DNA of 31,332 bases from a virus (IMGVR_UViG_3300032335_000220:1-31332), one strand, 5' to 3'. Counted from the first letter of the stretch, positions 1 through 6,985 are shown. Notes: generated by a model from the sequence alone, not told the origin. A program made the numbers and translations.

Positions 1-89
1 GTATTTAAAGTAAAAAATCCGCAGAAATCAGCCCGTCCCCGGGTAATGCCACGGGGGGCTAGTTGGTGTCTGGAGCTGAGCGGATTGGG

Positions 90-422
90 TCAGTTGGCTA
101 AGGGCTTGTTGCTTCTGCGTCTATTACAGCTTCTATGAGCTGGAAGGAGTTGTCCAATATCTCCGGAGCTGGCAGGAATTACGTGGTCAGCTTCGAATGG
201 GTCATTTTCTTTCTTTCCTTCTCCGCATAAGTGGCAAGCAATCGCGTTCTCCCGGACTGCCCTAGCCCGCCGAGCGTAGTCCCCGCCATACTGTCCCGTC
301 GTTGCCTTGCGCTGAGAACGTCGAGCTTCGTGAATTGCTTTGGCTTGCGCTTGATGTGGTTCGCATAGCGGTTCGGGTGAGAGGACTCCGCAGATACGGC
401 AGGGCTTAGGGAATCTTCTAAT
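90..422 (-). CDS. HNH endonuclease (terminase-associated type), missed by the ORF track; no ATG/GTG/TTG start
   Basis: Manual translation: (I)RRFPKPCRICGVLSPEPLCEPH...CHLCGEGKKENDPFEADHVIP...LLPAHRSCNRRRSNKPLAN-TGA. Has CxxC, DH and HxxCN motifs. Last gene before the genome end. Start placed at ATT 422 by inference. Confidence 0.8.
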   Translation of the reverse strand: MRRFPKPCRICGVLSPEPLCEPHQAQAKAIHEARRSQRKATTGQYGGDYARRARAVRENAIACHLCGEGKKENDPFEADHVIPASSGDIGQLLPAHRSCNRRRSNKPLAN

Positions 423-588
423 CTTTTCCCCAATCCTTTCCCTTGAACTGGATAGGTGGAGCGTCGAAGACTCGAACCATTACTTGCGCGCAGTTAGCGC
501 AGCCCGGCTTATGCTCTTCAGCTTCTACGCTTCGGGTAATGGTAATGGTCATAGGACAGTCAGGGCATTTGTATTCGTAGGTAGGCAT
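418..588 (-). CDS. FmdB-like zinc-ribbon protein (56 aa), not in the ORF track
   Basis: MPTYEYKCPDC...CANCAQVMVRVFDAPPIQFKGKDWGKD matches the MPxYEYxC..C / C..C / FKGxGW pattern. Confidence 0.8.
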   Translation of the reverse strand: MPTYEYKCPDCPMTITITRSVEAEEHKPGCANCAQVMVRVFDAPPIQFKGKDWGKD

Positions 589-1250
589 TCGTTCTTTTCT
601 TTTTCTACTTGTTGGGTAGCAATCAGTTTAGGGTAGGGCTTCACTTCATACCGTAGCTTAGACATTAGATACTTCTTTCGCTTCTTGCTTCCGGTGAAAT
701 AGATATAGCGGTGCTTCCGTCCGCGCTCATACTTGATTAGTCTTTCGCCATAGAACTTCTTTGCTCCGTCTACTCCACCGTGTTCGTCGAATAGGTGGCG
801 CGAATGTTGATTCGGTTGTCCGTCTAATCTCCATTCAACGTGTCGGTCAGATAGTCCGGTGTATATCCAGTTCGTCGCTTGATAGACAATTCCAGAATGG
901 CCAGCTCCAATCTCTGCGTACGAAACGATTATGTCGTGTTCGGATGGAAGCATTCGTAGAGTCTGTCCAATCAAATACGACTCGGTGTTCTTGGGTGTGT
1001 CGTCCTTTATCCAAAGCCGGGTTAGTTCAATTACCGAGTTGCTTTCTTCTTTACCTGCTATGCCAACGCAGAGAGAAGGGGACGCGGGCTTGCCGTAGAT
1101 TATTGTGCCAACCAATTCCAGTCCGTCGAACAACCCGAAGGCATACATTGTCGAAGCCTTGCGGTGGAGATAATGATTCGCAACTGTCAGTTCGTTTGCC
1201 ATTCGACTACTGATTGGCTCGATAACGTAGTCGCGTGGACTCTTAGCCAT
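549..1250 (-). CDS. mom: Mom-like DNA adenine modification protein (GNAT fold)
   Basis: Motifs HYLHR, YGKPASP, ELTRLWI, PKNTESYLIG, IVSYAE, GHSGIVYQATNWIYTG, KHRYIYF and PYPK are typical of Mom-like proteins. Confidence 0.75.
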   Translation of the reverse strand: MAKSPRDYVIEPISSRMANELTVANHYLHRKASTMYAFGLFDGLELVGTIIYGKPASPSLCVGIAGKEESNSVIELTRLWIKDDTPKNTESYLIGQTLRMLPSEHDIIVSYAEIGAGHSGIVYQATNWIYTGLSDRHVEWRLDGQPNQHSRHLFDEHGGVDGAKKFYGERLIKYERGRKHRYIYFTGSKKRKKYLMSKLRYEVKPYPKLIATQQVEKEKNECLPTNTNALTVL

Positions 1251-1479
1251 TACTGGATAGCTTGGCTTCTACTACTGCCCATTCACCCTTGTAAAAGTTT
1301 TTCAGGGACTTCATTCTTTTTTCTGCGGTTTCCCGAGAGCCAAAGCTAAATGAGTTGATTATCCAAGTTGATTCTTCTTGATTAGAACTTAGGTGAGCAA
1401 TTCCGTAAGTGATTGGTCTAGTTGATTCTTTGGTGTAGGTGCTTCCGTCTGGAGCTACCGCTTCGTAAGTGCTAGGCAT
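1243..1479 (-). CDS. hypothetical protein, first gene of the mom unit
   Basis: 78-aa ORF with GAAAGGG RBS; overlaps the mom start. Confidence 0.7.
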   Translation of the reverse strand: MPSTYEAVAPDGSTYTKESTRPITYGIAHLSSNQEESTWIINSFSFGSRETAEKRMKSLKNFYKGEWAVVEAKLSSNG

Positions 1480-1506
1480 TTTTTCCCTTTCTGTCTTGCT
1501 ACTTAG

Positions 1507-1560
1507 ACTTTACCGTAGTTGCTATTTATTTGTGGTTCATTTTGATAACAATTTGATAAC
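1507..1560 (-). promoter_or_regulatory. putative promoter (-10 TAAAGT) with an upstream 11-bp-period direct repeat GTTATCAAATTGTTAT
   Basis: AT-rich intergenic gap. -10-like hexamer at 1507-1512. The repeat at 1545-1560 matches 6023-6038 at 14/16. Confidence 0.5.
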
Positions 1561-1563
1561 TAT

Positions 1564-1917
1564 CTAAGCTGATTCCTTTAGAAAGTCTTTCATTTCACTT
1601 CTTGTTCCCGTGCGATAGCTAATGTCGTTGCGCTCCAGCTCTAGCGAATAGTCTGGTTGGATTATGTGTTCTTTGTTTACGCAGTCTTTGTGGAGGCAAG
1701 TCCTGAAGCCCGGAAGATAAAGCTTTAGGTTTCTATCTATCGGGTTGAAGAATTCGTCTACTTCTCCACGCCACGGACGGCAGACTGTTCCGTTGTATTT
1801 GATTTCAGTTGCCATTCCATTACGACAGTCTGAGCATTTACCGTCATAGGTTCCCCGTGCCTTTCTTCTTTCTACTGCCGCTTCGCTAACTTCCATTCCG
1901 CAACGTTCGCAGTTCAT
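1564..1917 (-). CDS. Cys/His zinc-binding protein with His-Cys-box-like C-terminus; paralog of 7025..7294
   Basis: CERCG...CSDCR...CRPWRG...LPGFRTCLHKDCVNKEHI. Confidence 0.65.
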   Translation of the reverse strand: MNCERCGMEVSEAAVERRKARGTYDGKCSDCRNGMATEIKYNGTVCRPWRGEVDEFFNPIDRNLKLYLPGFRTCLHKDCVNKEHIIQPDYSLELERNDISYRTGTRSEMKDFLKESA

Positions 1918-1919
1918 TT

Positions 1920-2090
1920 CTAATCCCTTCTTTTATGTATCTCTTCTTTAAGTGCTTCGATAATACCCTTCACGTCCGTATCTCCAAACGCGTCTATCTG
2001 GTCTACTTCTTCTAGCCAGTTGATTATGGTTAGACGTTCTATTTCTTTTCCTGCGTTGAACGCTCGCAGATATTCCCTTAGCAGCTTCAT
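1920..2090 (-). CDS. small hypothetical protein (G-x3-ER family)
   Basis: Likely start MKLLREYL at 2090 (ATGA overlap with the upstream gene); AFNAGKEIERLTII. Confidence 0.6.
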   Translation of the reverse strand: MKLLREYLRAFNAGKEIERLTIINWLEEVDQIDAFGDTDVKGIIEALKEEIHKRRD

Positions 2091-3247
2091 AGCTTGAACA
2101 CCGTTCCCGTAAAGTCGATTCCTTTTTCCAAGAAGAAGGTCACAAGTCCGGGCTGAGAATCTTCTCCCGCTTGACGCTTCCACCAGCCAGAGCCGTTGTC
2201 CATTGTCGCAGCTTGAACCCAGAAGCGCGAAGTTCCCCGCGGTGTTGAACCTAGCTCGACGATTCGCAAGTGGTGGAAGTGTCCGCTGACTCCGATTGTC
2301 GCCGCTGCTACGGGCTGATTACCGAATGCTTGTTGACGCCACCACGTCGGAACTTGGTCTGGACGCGGGCTTTGATGTCCGTGCCAAAGTCCGAGAACGT
2401 GGAAGCCGTCGTCGAAGATATCGAGAGCTAGAGATTCGTCGTGCGGTTGTGGCTCCACGAATGTAATCGGCAGACCGACTTCCGAAGCTAACCGGGCTAA
2501 GGTTCGTCCGATATGGATTCCCCAGTCATCGGTTCCCTTGCCTACGCGTTGCTTGTTGATTCTCATTTGACAATGGTTAGACGCGACCGATAGGTAAACG
2601 ATTTCTGGAACGTGTTCGCATAAAGCGCGCAAGGTTGTCCACGCTAGAGTCGTTGCCAAATCCACCTGCTCCATAATTGAAAGGTCGTTCGTGAAAAGCT
2701 GGTTAGCGTCGTTTGCGTTTATGAAGTTCTCGATAGTATCTCCGACGTCGCAGAAGATAACCTTCGAAGGTTTTTCTTTCTTGACTTGTTGAATAAGCTT
2801 CGCCGTTGTTAGTTCTACTCTCTCGATTAGCTGGGCAGTTCCTCCCCGGTGGTCTACCTTTCCAACCTGTAAGTCCGACCAAAGAACGACTAGAGCCTTG
2901 TCGGTTGTCTGAGTTCGCTTTGGCTTCTTTGACTTCGCAGCCTTCTTAGCTTCGGCGTAAAGAAGTGGCAGGTCAATTCCGCTGATTCGCTTGCGGAACG
3001 TGAAGCGGAAAGAGGTTAGGAATTCTCCGCCTTCTTTCTGTTGCCACTTGCTCACCCGCGGAGTTCCGATAACTTCGAACTCTTCTGGATTCATTCCAGC
3101 CGCTTCTAGAAACTCTTGGAAGCTAGTAGGCGATTCTGAATAAGGAGTGGTTGCTTCGCCTTCGTTGCCGTCAAAGATTACTCCCGGGCGACCGAATGGA
3201 GTCGGTTCTACTTTCTTGGCTGGTTCTAAATTTTCTAGCAAGAGCAT
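2087..3247 (-). CDS. calcineurin-like metallophosphoesterase (Mre11/SbcD-like nuclease)
   Basis: Metal-binding motifs SDLQ, VGD, SNH, HGH and GHFHH occur in order. Confidence 0.8.
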   Translation of the reverse strand: MLLLENLEPAKKVEPTPFGRPGVIFDGNEGEATTPYSESPTSFQEFLEAAGMNPEEFEVIGTPRVSKWQQKEGGEFLTSFRFTFRKRISGIDLPLLYAEAKKAAKSKKPKRTQTTDKALVVLWSDLQVGKVDHRGGTAQLIERVELTTAKLIQQVKKEKPSKVIFCDVGDTIENFINANDANQLFTNDLSIMEQVDLATTLAWTTLRALCEHVPEIVYLSVASNHCQMRINKQRVGKGTDDWGIHIGRTLARLASEVGLPITFVEPQPHDESLALDIFDDGFHVLGLWHGHQSPRPDQVPTWWRQQAFGNQPVAAATIGVSGHFHHLRIVELGSTPRGTSRFWVQAATMDNGSGWWKRQAGEDSQPGLVTFFLEKGIDFTGTVFKL

Positions 3248-3450
3248 TCTTTCTTCCGGTGTCGCAGGATTGAAACGTCGCTAATCTTTAGTCCCCTAGA
3301 GCTTAGTTCCCGGGCTAAGGCTCCGGAGTTGAACTCCGGGTTCGCTAACGCTCCGTCTAGGATTTCTTGGTCTTTCTTTTCTAGCTTGTTTCTTAGAGTA
3401 CGAACCGCGCAACTACTTATCTTCTGCGGCGGCTTCAGGTCTTCTAGCAT
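3235..3450 (-). CDS. small HTH-like DNA-binding protein
   Basis: SGALARELSSRGLKISDVSILRHRKKECSC; coupled to the phosphoesterase gene. Confidence 0.55.
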   Translation of the reverse strand: MLEDLKPPQKISSCAVRTLRNKLEKKDQEILDGALANPEFNSGALARELSSRGLKISDVSILRHRKKECSC

Positions 3451-3628
3451 TTGTTCCCCTTACAAGATTGAGAGCCAAGTCCCCGAGTTCGGGTTCCAGT
3501 CCAGCGTATTCCATTTCCCAAGCTTTAGCCATTAGCAACGCAAGGTTTTTTCTAATGCTTTCGAAGTCTTCAGACCAAACTAGATTCTGGTCGTTTAGCA
3601 ACTCCAAAGCTTCTGGAAACTTATCCAC
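3413..3628 (-). CDS. hypothetical protein
   Basis: 71-aa ORF, GTG start with AGGA RBS, within the gene string. Confidence 0.6.
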   Translation of the reverse strand: MDKFPEALELLNDQNLVWSEDFESIRKNLALLMAKAWEMEYAGLEPELGDLALNLVRGTNARRPEAAAEDK

Positions 3629-3734
3629 GTTTTTTCCTATCTAAGAAGAAGAAGTGAATTCTGTATCGGAGCCATAAAAGCTGTTGACGAAGATAAAACG
3701 GTTTTCTCTTTCCGCGGTGCTTACCCTTCGACAA
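3621..3734 (-). CDS. small basic hypothetical protein (37 aa), not in the ORF track
   Basis: TTG start after GAAAGG; MSKGKHRGKRKPFYLRQQLLWLRYRIHFFFLDRKKRG fills the gap between its neighbours. Confidence 0.5.
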   Translation of the reverse strand: MSKGKHRGKRKPFYLRQQLLWLRYRIHFFFLDRKKRG

Positions 3735-3912
3735 TTTCTACAATCCTTTCTAGAATCTCTACGTCTACGTTTGTGATTACTACTGCGTCTTTGAGCAGGT
3801 CGGCGATTATTCTTTCCCGCTCTTCACGAACTCCACGGTGATACCCCCGGGCGAATGCGAACGTGAGCTTGCGCTCTTTCTTATCTTTCGAGTTCGGTCT
3901 GAAGCCACTCAT
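3721..3912 (-). CDS. small hypothetical protein (G-x3-ER family)
   Basis: FARGYHRGVREERERIIADLL. Confidence 0.65.
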   Translation of the reverse strand: MSGFRPNSKDKKERKLTFAFARGYHRGVREERERIIADLLKDAVVITNVDVEILERIVEIVEG

Positions 3913-4006
3913 TGAAGGCCACCATATCCCTTTCTAATTCCTTTATCATTTCGCCGTAGGTTTCTAGCTCGATTAGCAGAAGGTCAAGTTTAGTTTCTAA
4001 GTCCAT
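3881..4006 (-). CDS. small coiled-coil hypothetical protein (41 aa), not in the ORF track
   Basis: MDLETKLDLLLIELETYGEMIKELERDMVPFNEWLQTELER; AAGGA RBS; fills the gap. Confidence 0.5.
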   Translation of the reverse strand: MDLETKLDLLLIELETYGEMIKELERDMVAFNEWLQTELER

Positions 4007-4200
4007 TTCATTTCCTTTACGTGTAGGTGTGCGATTTTGAGCCCAAGATAGATTCCGTGCGTATCAAACGAACCTAGCTTGTAAGGGTGTTTTTCAAAGC
4101 GGGCAATTTCTTCTTCAAGCATTTCAAGAATCCGCTCGCGCTGTTCCATTTGCCCTTTGGTGTATCCGGCGTATTTGTTCTTTGCGACTGCCTTAGTCAT
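3997..4200 (-). CDS. small hypothetical protein (G-x3-ER family)
   Basis: YAGYTKGQMEQRERILEMLEEEI. Confidence 0.65.
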   Translation of the reverse strand: MTKAVAKNKYAGYTKGQMEQRERILEMLEEEIARFEKHPYKLGSFDTHGIYLGLKIAHLHVKEMKWT

Positions 4201-4484
4201 AGTCCCATTCCTTTCAATAGGTCGTTCATTTCTTTTTTATAGCGTCCGTTTATTTCGTCTACTAGGTCTTGAACAACGATTGGAATTCCTTCGTGGTCTT
4301 CGACGAAGCTGAGAAGATACTCTCGTTCGTTGCGCTGCCCGGCTTTGAATCCGTCGGTGTACGCGGTGTTGTTAGTTAGCTTCTTGTCTAGTCCGTCATA
4401 AAACCCACGGATATAGTTTTCCTGTTTGACTTGTTGAATCGTTCCGTAAGTGGTTGTCACTTCGTCTTCGTCTTTCCAGCTCAT
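4197..4484 (-). CDS. small hypothetical protein (G-x3-ER family)
   Basis: YIRGFYDG...YTDGFKAGQRNEREYLL. Confidence 0.65.
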   Translation of the reverse strand: MSWKDEDEVTTTYGTIQQVKQENYIRGFYDGLDKKLTNNTAYTDGFKAGQRNEREYLLSFVEDHEGIPIVVQDLVDEINGRYKKEMNDLLKGMGL

Positions 4485-4672
4485 TCCATTTCCCTTCTTG
4501 GTCTGCGGTCAATCTGACTTAGCTCTTCGATTAGCAGGTTCAAAGTTGCCGGGTCGATTATTCGTTTGATTACGAAATACTCCAGAAGATTTTCGACCGC
4601 GGCTTGTTCGTCGCGTCGTCCCCTGTTGTAAGCGTCTAGCGTTTCAACGGGAAGTTTCAGAAGCGTAAACAT
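4481..4672 (-). CDS. small hypothetical protein (G-x3-ER-like)
   Basis: AYNRGRRDEQAAVENLL; ATGA overlap with the next gene. Confidence 0.6.
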   Translation of the reverse strand: MFTLLKLPVETLDAYNRGRRDEQAAVENLLEYFVIKRIIDPATLNLLIEELSQIDRRPRREME

Positions 4673-4880
4673 CAGCGTTTAATCCTTCCACTAGGTCGAG
4701 AATCTTTGCCACCGCTTTAGTCGGAACCGGGTTCGTCGCTTTGATTAGGCGAAGAACTTCGTCCCGCATTAGAAGACGGCCCATAAGGATTCCGTCCTGT
4801 TGCGCGGTCTGGTAGCTGAATTGGTTCGGATTGAAGTCGTCGTTTCCGAACTCGATTGCCGGGTTAGTCTTGCTTGTCAT
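4644..4880 (-). CDS. small hypothetical protein
   Basis: 78-aa ORF, GAAAGGA RBS; QQDGILMGRLLMRDEVLRLI. Confidence 0.6.
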   Translation of the reverse strand: MTSKTNPAIEFGNDDFNPNQFSYQTAQQDGILMGRLLMRDEVLRLIKATNPVPTKAVAKILDLVEGLNADVYASETSR

Positions 4881-5049
4881 TTATTGTCCTTTCCAAGAAC
4901 TGATTTTCTAGGTAGTTAAGTAATTGAAGCTGAGCGGTGTATCGGTAGAGTCCGAGAGCTGGGTTGTCGTTTCTTGTTGCGCTCTGCTCTTTTGCGTATT
5001 CGTGTCCGACTTTTAGAATCCGGCGGAGAACGAATTCAACTTCGTTCAT
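4864..5049 (-). CDS. hypothetical protein
   Basis: 61-aa ORF with AAGGA RBS. Confidence 0.6.
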   Translation of the reverse strand: MNEVEFVLRRILKVGHEYAKEQSATRNDNPALGLYRYTAQLQLLNYLENQFLERTINDKQD

Positions 5050-5204
5050 AGATACTTCCTTGCTAGGTAATCGACGAAGAAGATTGTCGTTCCAAGAAAC
5101 CCGAAGACTCCGAGTGTGTATCCAAGAAGCAAGTCTGTCTTCTGGAGTTCCCAGCTACCGAACAAGATAGCTGCGAAGAGAATAAAGAACCCGAATAGTT
5201 TCAT
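5046..5204 (-). CDS. small two-TM membrane protein (52 aa), not in the ORF track
   Basis: MKLFGFFILFAAILFGSWELQKTDLLLGYTLGVFGFLGTTIFFVDYLARKYL; TAATG and ATGA overlaps with neighbours. Confidence 0.6.
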   Translation of the reverse strand: MKLFGFFILFAAILFGSWELQKTDLLLGYTLGVFGFLGTTIFFVDYLARKYL

Positions 5205-5437
5205 TAGACACGCACCTTTGGGAATGAGAACTTGTCTACGAATTCGTCGAACTTGTCGTGCGCTAGTCGCTTGTTTAGTTCTCCGTCGAGCGACGTGTAA
5301 TGCTCGAAGAAGTGGTCAGCTCCGTTGCGAATCTCTACGCAATAAACAAACTGATTGTTCTTGCCTCGGGTGAATCCGATAATCACGAACTCGTCGTCGG
5401 CTCTCTCGAAGTGGTCGAGAATTGTTAGATTGGTCAT
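5204..5437 (-). CDS. hypothetical protein
   Basis: 77-aa ORF, translationally coupled. Confidence 0.6.
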   Translation of the reverse strand: MTNLTILDHFERADDEFVIIGFTRGKNNQFVYCVEIRNGADHFFEHYTSLDGELNKRLAHDKFDEFVDKFSFPKVRV

Positions 5438-5604
5438 TTGACGTACTCTGCCCTTTCTAGCTTTTCAATAAGAGCTTCGACTGCTACTACTTCTTTTTCC
5501 CAGCCGTATTCCTCCACAACATCCGAAGTAAAAAAGTATTCGGACTGATAGTTCAACGCACTAAGGATTCTGTCTAGCTCTTTGGCTGTTAGCTTTAGGT
5601 TCAT
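5434..5604 (-). CDS. hypothetical protein (56 aa), not in the ORF track
   Basis: MNLKLTAKELDRILSALNYQ...LERAEYVK; GAAAGGG RBS; ATGA overlap downstream. Confidence 0.6.
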   Translation of the reverse strand: MNLKLTAKELDRILSALNYQSEYFFTSDVVEEYGWEKEVVAVEALIEKLERAEYVK

Positions 5605-5632
5605 TTCTTTTCCCTTTCTTTCCGGGGGAGGC

Positions 5633-5914
5633 TTACGCCTCCACCCTTCCGCTTACGTTGAATACTTCTACCTTGCGGTCTAAAAATCGGCCCCAGTCGT
5701 TTATGAATCGGTTTTCTATTACGTAACCAGCTGCCTGTAACTCTTGAGCTGCTGTTCCTTCGTAATCTTTGTAAGTGTGATTTACGACGTGGATTCCGTC
5801 GCCACCGTAAAGAACTGAGAAGCCCATTTGTGTTGCGCTGTCGTACTTGTCGAAACCTAAAGAAGATAGCTTGCGACTTACTGCCTGAGCGGTGGTCTTT
5901 GTGATTGTGTTCAT
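5633..5914 (-). CDS. hypothetical protein, first gene of the putative early operon
   Basis: 93-aa ORF with GGAAAGGG RBS, downstream of the promoter region. Confidence 0.7.
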   Translation of the reverse strand: MNTITKTTAQAVSRKLSSLGFDKYDSATQMGFSVLYGGDGIHVVNHTYKDYEGTAAQELQAAGYVIENRFINDWGRFLDRKVEVFNVSGRVEA

Positions 5915-5935
5915 TTCGGTTCCCTTTCCTTGCCC

Positions 5936-6067
5936 CCGGGCCTTTCCCGGTTGTTACCAACCTAGCACGAATTTTTGGGAATTTCTACCAATTTTGGCAG
6001 ATTTTGGTAAATTTCTGGGAATGTTACCAAATCGTTATAATTCAGGGTAGTTCGACCGGGTGTTCGA
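5936..6067 (-). promoter_or_regulatory. putative early promoter region
   Basis: TGC-TAGGTT extended -10 at 5959-5967; leader hairpin CCGGG-AAAGG-CCCGG at 5936-5950; ATTT at 5971/5981/5991/6001/6011; direct repeat at 6023-6038; LexA-like TCGACCGGGTGTTCGA at 6052-6067. Confidence 0.6.
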
Positions 6068-6103
6068 TAGATTTGGGGCCGTAGAACGCCCGTAGGCGGG
6101 TTT

Positions 6104-6514
6104 TTAGGACTCGGGTAGAGTGTTTACCCGTATCAAGGCTCCGGGGCCTCTATGGTCAGCGTAGAGCTTTGTAGCTGTTAGGCGCACTATCCGAGAATCG
6201 TCCACGTAGATTCCCGCCGTGGTCAAGGAATCACCGACGCTACGAATCAGCTTGTCAAGGTCGGGCATTACGGAAGGGAATTCCCGGGTCGCCGTCTTTG
6301 GGCGGGGTAGGTAGAAGATGACCGAAAGCTCGACCGGGCTATCTAACGGTTTCCAGCCTTCGGGAAGAAGGTCTAGAGCTGCGAAGACGACTGCGTTGCG
6401 CCAGCGTTTATGCTTTCCAGAATTGACTTGAACAATGCGTCCGTTGATTACGGAGTGCGAACCCTGCGAAGCTGGGTCGCCGAAGACTTCGATTAGTAAT
6501 TCAGTTGACGACAT
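6104..6514 (-). CDS. rusA: RusA-like Holliday junction resolvase
   Basis: GDPASQGS, FYLPRPK, PDLDKLIRSVGDSL, DDSRIV. Confidence 0.88.
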   Translation of the reverse strand: MSSTELLIEVFGDPASQGSHSVINGRIVQVNSGKHKRWRNAVVFAALDLLPEGWKPLDSPVELSVIFYLPRPKTATREFPSVMPDLDKLIRSVGDSLTTAGIYVDDSRIVRLTATKLYADHRGPGALIRVNTLPES

Positions 6515-6659
6515 ATTGACGCCAAGCTTCTAAGATTCCTGCCCAAAGATAAAACAAACCGAAGACTAGCCCCGTCACGTGTAGGAAGCCGGAAGATTCG
6601 GAAGCGAACTCCACGAATAAAATTCCGGACGCAGCGGGGACTAGCCAACGGATAAACAT
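6501..6659 (-). CDS. small two-TM membrane protein
   Basis: Likely start MFIRWLVP at 6659 (TAATG overlap with the ssb stop); two hydrophobic segments. Confidence 0.55.
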   Translation of the reverse strand: MFIRWLVPAASGILFVEFASESSGFLHVTGLVFGLFYLWAGILEAWRQYVVN

Positions 6660-6985
6660 TAGAACGGCAGAGCGTCTTCGTGAGTCGGAACCATTCCCGG
6701 AGCTTCGGAACCGTCGAGTTTGATTGTTGCGAAGTTGATTGACAGATTTACTACGGTCTTGTCTTCGCCTTCTTTGTTCTTGTAGTTTCCAATCGCTGCG
6801 GAGAGCAAACCGCGGGCGGATACTTTCTGCCCAACCTGAAGACTCGTTGTTGGTGTGTCTAGCCAAGCGGTGTATCTTGCGTCGCGCTTTTCGCCGTCTT
6901 TTGATTTGAAGGTTTCGAGAATCTGGACGCCTTTGTTGCCAAAGACCAGACCAACGATTTCGCCTTTTACTTCTACTGTTGCCAT
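6659..6985 (-). CDS. ssb: single-stranded DNA-binding protein
   Basis: OB-fold-like pattern and an acidic C-terminal tail EDALPF. Confidence 0.75.
   Translation of the reverse strand: MATVEVKGEIVGLVFGNKGVQILETFKSKDGEKRDARYTAWLDTPTTSLQVGQKVSARGLLSAAIGNYKNKEGEDKTVVNLSINFATIKLDGSEAPGMVPTHEDALPF

Noticed and set aside
179-433. 84-aa ORF in the track (MGKRLEDS...)
   Set aside because: No recognisable motifs; the overlapping frame encodes a clear HNH protein.
5601-5960. 119-aa basic ORF, and similar alternative-frame ORFs at 7036, 9103, 19910, 21704, 27762 and 28364
   Set aside because: Each overlaps a better-supported gene on the same strand in another frame.
1545-6038. Invertible segment bounded by the two oppositely oriented 16-bp boxes
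   Set aside because: No site-specific recombinase is present, and the internal direct-repeat structure fits transcription-factor sites better.
5969-6040. Possible CRISPR-like or mini-array
   Set aside because: The 10-bp degenerate units have no spacers and there are no cas genes; better explained as phased A-tracts.
6086-6105. Hairpin CGCC-CGTA-GGCG followed by GGTTTTT as a plus-strand terminator
   Set aside because: The stem is only 4 bp and no plus-strand gene lies upstream; too weak to call.
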